Assembly: GCF_006345805.1 (NCBI RefSeq)
Contig: NW_021826742.1
Coordinates: 1-12,032 of the forward strand
Length of the DNA: 12,032 bases
Reading direction: 5' to 3'
Origin: Octopus sinensis
Taxonomy: Eukaryota
Both the position numbers and the translations under genes were made by a program. Below are positions 8,227-12,032 of this stretch, piece by piece. How positions within the stretch are numbered: the first letter of the stretch is position 1; each line of letters starts with the position of its first letter. The notes beneath the pieces are model-generated. The model was not told the origin of the DNA and did not search any database. It was given only the letters and a program-made list of their open reading frames with translations.

Positions 8227-8622
8227 GGCATAGGAGTGGCTGTGTGGCAATTAGCTTGCTTACCAACCACATGGTTCTGGGTTCAGCCCCACTGTGCGGC
8301 ACCTTGGGCAAGTGTCTTCTACTATAGTCTCGTGAGTGGATTTGGTAGATGGATACTGAAAGAAGTCCGCTGTATATATGTATGTATATATGTATGTGTG
8401 TATACGTTTGTGTGTCTGTGTTTGTCCCCCCACCAACGTCGCTTGACAACCGATGCTGGTGTGTTTACGTCCCCGTAACTTAACGGTTCGGCAAAAGTGA
8501 CCGATAGAATAAGTACTAGGCTTACAAAGAATAAGTCCTGGGGTCGAGTTGCTCGACTAAAGGCGGTGCTCCCGCATGATGGCCACAGTCAAATGACAGA
8601 AACAAGTAAAAGAGTAAAACAG
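8227..8622 (+). mobile_element. Full-length CORE-like tRNA SINE (Octopus OR2-like)
   Basis: A box tggctgtgtgg 8237-8247; B-box-like gggttcagccc ~8279-8289; ggcaccttgggcaagtgtctt resembles the start of the CORE domain; internal microsatellite; tail gtaaaagagtaaaacag. Family name from recalled consensus. Confidence 0.9.
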
Positions 8623-8624
8623 TA

Positions 8625-8659
<35 letters not shown>

Positions 8660-8660
<1 letters not shown>

Positions 8661-8715
8661 AACATTTTATACACTATTGTATATATATATATATACAATA
8701 GTGTATAAAATGTTT
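8660..8715. repeat. 56-bp perfect palindrome centred on (AT)7
   Basis: aaacattttatacactattgt (8660-8680) + atatatatatatat + acaatagtgtataaaatgttt (8695-8715). Confidence 0.95.
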
Positions 8716-8728
8716 TTATATGCAATAT

Positions 8729-8923
8729 GTGACCGCATGTGTATCGTTGGCAATTTTCTTTCTCCGTTTTCCCTTCTTTGGACTTTTTCTATATTTCTGA
8801 TGAAGAGTTCCGTTCGAAACGTGAAATCCACTTCATTTTCTTTCCTTTCCTGAGCGTCCAATAACACTATACTTGTTCCACATCCTCGCGTTCTTTTTTC
8901 TTGCTTATTCATGTTTGGATTGA
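8729..8923 (+). mobile_element. ~200-bp hammerhead-bearing element, copy 2 (PLE-like)
   Basis: Aligns with 1-204 with a ~10-nt deletion before the core; TA-rich sequence on both sides. Confidence 0.7.
8793..8827 (+). ncRNA. Minimal type I hammerhead motif with non-cleavable GUG triplet
   Basis: CTGATGA 8797-8803, A8804, stem II GAGT/GTTC (two G-U pairs), GAAA 8816-8819, ACGT 8819-8822, triplet GTG 8821-8823, stem I ATTT/AAAT. Confidence 0.62.
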
Positions 8924-8924
8924 G

Positions 8925-8969
<45 letters not shown>

Positions 8970-9139
8970 AATATTATCAAAATTAATAATAATGTCAATA
9001 CATTATGAAGGTAATCCAAATTGGTGAAATTCCAACTGAACCGATACATACGTGTGAGTGCTGAAGAGGCCCTGGTCTGGGTAAAAGAATATACACGAGG
9101 ATCAGTTTGTTATAATTCTATTCAACATATTCCCTTCTC

Positions 9140-9400
9140 AGATTCACACACGTGCTGCTGCGGTCCTTCAAATTTTTAAGCCCTGTAAGAGAACTCGGAA
9201 TGTTGGGTCTTTAAAGCGAGGAAAACTTTTCTGCACCCCTCGTAACTCCACCGTTCAGATGCTTTAACCAACTCATCAGGTTATCCTTGGTGCATCCTAC
9301 TCATCTCCATGGATACTGCACTAACTATTATCTCCAGTCCTTCTTCCCTGGAATATTATCCCGCTGGAATCTTCTCTTTGTTTATGCTTTCTTACACTAA
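9140..9400 (+). mobile_element. Decayed 3' end of ORF2 of a CR1/L2/Jockey-group non-LTR retrotransposon
   Basis: Frame 9215-9400 reads SEENFSAPLVTPPFRCFNQLIRLSLVHPTHLHGYCTNYYLQSFFPGILSRWNLL..., resembling the conserved post-RT motif HP...T..Y..SFFP.....WN.L; upstream frameshifted SH-RAAAVLQIF resembles SHRRxVASLxIFY. Motif recalled, not searched. Confidence 0.6.
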
Positions 9401-9430
9401 CGGTAAGCACTGCTCCTTTCTCCAAACTCA

Positions 9431-9934
9431 GCATGTGTGGTTGTGTGGTAAGAAGCTTGCTTCCCAACCACATGGTTCCAGGTTCGGTCCCACTGCGTAG
9501 CACTTTGAGCAAGTGTCTTCTACAATAGCCTCGACCGACCAAAGCCTTGTGAGAGTATTTAGTAGACGGAAACGGAAACTGAGAGAAGCCCTTCATATAT
9601 AAATATGGCACCTTGGGCAAGTGTCTTCAACTATAGCCTCGGACCAACTAAGGCCGTGTGAATGGATTTGGTGGAAGGAAACTGATACAAACCTGCCGTG
9701 TGTGTGTGTGTGTGTATACAATTATGTGTGTGTATCGGGGTTCGTCTCCCCATCATTGCTTGACAACCGATGGTGGAGTGTTTAGGAGTCCATAACTTAG
9801 CGGTTTGGCAATAGAGATCGATAGAATAAGTACTAAGCTTTCAAAGAATGAATCCTGTGGTCGACTTCTTCGACTAAAAGGCGGTGCTCCAGCATGGCCC
9901 CAGTCAAATGACTGAAACATTAAAAGAAAAAAAG

Positions 9935-9935
<1 letters not shown>
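9431..9935 (+). mobile_element. CORE-like tRNA SINE with a duplicated central domain
   Basis: A-box-like tggttgtgtgg 9438-9448, B-box-like ggttcggtccc 9481-9491, CORE unit A 9499-9606, unit B 9607-9697, 3' half 9735-9935. Confidence 0.87.
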
Positions 9936-9937
<2 letters not shown>

Positions 9938-9996
<59 letters not shown>

Positions 9997-10070
9997 TCTT
10001 TGTGTGTATGTATGTAAACGAACAATACCCACACTCTTATACATGCATGCATACACATATATGTACACGT
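9938..10070. repeat. (TA)n and degenerate (TG)/(CA) tract
   Basis: Directly visible. Confidence 0.9.
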
Positions 10071-10080
10071 TAATCACAAA

Positions 10081-10265
10081 CCTACGTTTGTAGCCAATCA
10101 TATTAACACCTGTTGATTCCCATTCAGTCCCTTCTGTAGCTACAGCAGAAACCTGGCAGGTAAATCACACAAGTGTTTGATGCTGTAGAAGAATTTTTTG
10201 TTATATTTAATGTCAGGCAGAAGATGAAGAAAACTTTTGTGTGAGATTATTGCCACCTGTCTCAA
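10081..10265. repeat. Unclassified ~185-bp repeat, copy 2
   Basis: Direct copy of 6917-7101. Confidence 0.9.
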
Positions 10266-10266
10266 T

Positions 10267-10448
10267 AGACAGGCAATTAGATAGATGAGTAGGTAGGAAG
10301 GTTGGTAGATAGATATATAGAGATAGACAGCTAGATAGATTGATAGACAGAGAGGGAGGCAGACACACAAGCAAACTGACAGACACACACACAGACAGAC
10401 AGGCAGGCAAGCAGACACATAGGTAGACAGACAGACAGATAGACAGAC

Positions 10449-10542
<94 letters not shown>

Positions 10543-10677
10543 CTAGATAGATAGATAGTTAGATAAACAGCTAGCAAGATAGATACACAGACAAGCAGGC
10601 AGACACACAGACAGATAGGCGGGCAGACAGACAGACACATAGAGAGGTATGAAAACAGACATATATACAGACAGGCT

Positions 10678-10750
<73 letters not shown>

Positions 10751-10861
10751 ACAGCTAGCAAGATAGATACACAGACAAGCAGGCAGACACACAGACAGAT
10801 AGGCGGGCAGACAGACAGACACATAGAGAGGTATGAAAACAGACATATATACAGACAGGCT

Positions 10862-10957
<96 letters not shown>

Positions 10958-10973
10958 TATAGATAGATAGATA

Positions 10974-11007
<34 letters not shown>

Positions 11008-11120
11008 CTGATTGATAGATGAACAGACAAACAGACGGATAGATACATACCTATATATATACATACATACATACATACATACATACATACATACATACAT
11101 ACATACATACATACATGCAT
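10267..11120. repeat. Compound tetranucleotide array (AGAC/AGAT/TGAT/TACA) containing a 184-bp tandem duplication
   Basis: Directly visible; 10561-10680 is identical to 10745-10864. Confidence 0.95.
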
Positions 11121-11726
11121 GCATACTCTTCTAGAGGTAAAAAAAAAAACGAAAGCAAAATGCACTTCATACGTGTCATGGCTGATATCTTTCGATGTTT
11201 AACAGTTTGTGACTAAGGTGTGCATTACACTGAGTCTTAAAATAATTAAACAACTTTAAAAATAGGAATAGAAACATCTCGTGTAGTTTCACATTGACAG
11301 CCATAAAACGTGTGCGTGCAACAGCAAACGTACGAAATCCGCCATCTTTCTTAGTACATCAAAACATTATAAAACATCATAAAAATGAGAGTTATTTGCT
11401 CTCGTTGTGTTTACCGCTGTGATAACATTGCTTAATAAATTGTAAAGTTTGCCATTTTGATAGATATAAAGAGATGCATACGCAGGTGCAGAATAAAAAG
11501 ATAAGGGCATTTGACACGTGACCAGGTTAAATTCTTGTTGTCCATGCAAATGACGAAGTAGCTAGAAATTCTAAACCTAGTTAAGAGCTACTGGGTGCAC
11601 ACATGTGTGTGTATGTTTTTGTGTGTCTGTGTGTGTTTGTGTGTGTTTATACAATCGCACGCTGAGGAAATTATTCTCATGTGTTACAATGTACGGCTAA
11701 TTGCTTTCTCTTTACTGAAACACAGC

Positions 11727-12032
11727 TTGTTGTTGTTGTTGTTCCTTCTCAAGCCACACCTGGCTCATTAGGGCCGGTTTCCCGGTTTCCTTGACGTATA
11801 GGTTCCCCACCTGGACAGGACGCCGGTCCGTCGCAGGTGAGCTGCAATATGTAGAAGGAAAGAGTGAGAGAAAGTTGTGGCGAAAGAGTCAGCAGAAGTT
11901 CGCCATTACCTTCTGCTGGAGCCGCGTGGAGCTTAGGTGTTTCGCTCACAAACACACACATCGCTCGGTCTGAGATTCGAATCCGTGATCCCTCGACCGC
12001 GAGTCCGCTGCTCTAACCACTAGGCCATGTGC
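11727..12032 (-). mobile_element. tRNA-derived SINE with V-like domain and (AAC)n tail; 5' end at the window edge
   Basis: Minus strand: A box tggcctagtgg (12017-12027), B box ggattcgaatctc (11972-11984), cctgcgacggaccggcgtcctgtccaggtgggg (11805-11837), tail ggaacaacaacaacaacaa. Confidence 0.88.

Noticed and set aside
9061-9090. ctgaagaggccctggtctgggtaaaag as a third hammerhead
   Set aside because: CUGAAGA is present, but no GAAA follows a closed stem II and there is no stem I.
11965-12032. Functional tRNA gene
   Set aside because: A and B boxes are present, but no acceptor stem closes and the sequence continues into a SINE body; the same applies to the heads at 4150, 8227 and 9431.

Overview
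Eukaryotic, AT-rich, repeat-saturated non-coding DNA, most likely intronic or intergenic sequence of an octopus (coleoid cephalopod). The organism call is an inference from recalled Octopus tRNA-derived SINE families and the extreme microsatellite load. I find no credible protein-coding gene; nearly all listed ORFs are translations of simple repeats. About half the window is simple repeat: (TA)n/(TG)n, a ~1.55-kb (GAT/GGT)n array, compound (AGAT/AGAC/GGAT/TACA)n arrays and (CTA/CTG)n. The rest holds three kinds of tRNA-headed SINE (CORE-like, Nin/Deu-like as a trimer, V-like), a decayed CR1/L2-group LINE 3' fragment that the ORF track misses, and an unclassified ~185-bp two-copy repeat with duplicated splice-like signals. 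The most notable feature is a ~200-bp element in two direct copies (1-204, 8729-8923) abutting (TA)n tracts. Each copy carries a minimal type I hammerhead-ribozyme motif of the Penelope-associated, dimer-forming kind: copy 1 has a cleavable GUU site, copy 2 a non-cleavable GUG. Two (TA)n-centred fold-back inverted repeats are also present. All identities and alignments were done by eye and are approximate.
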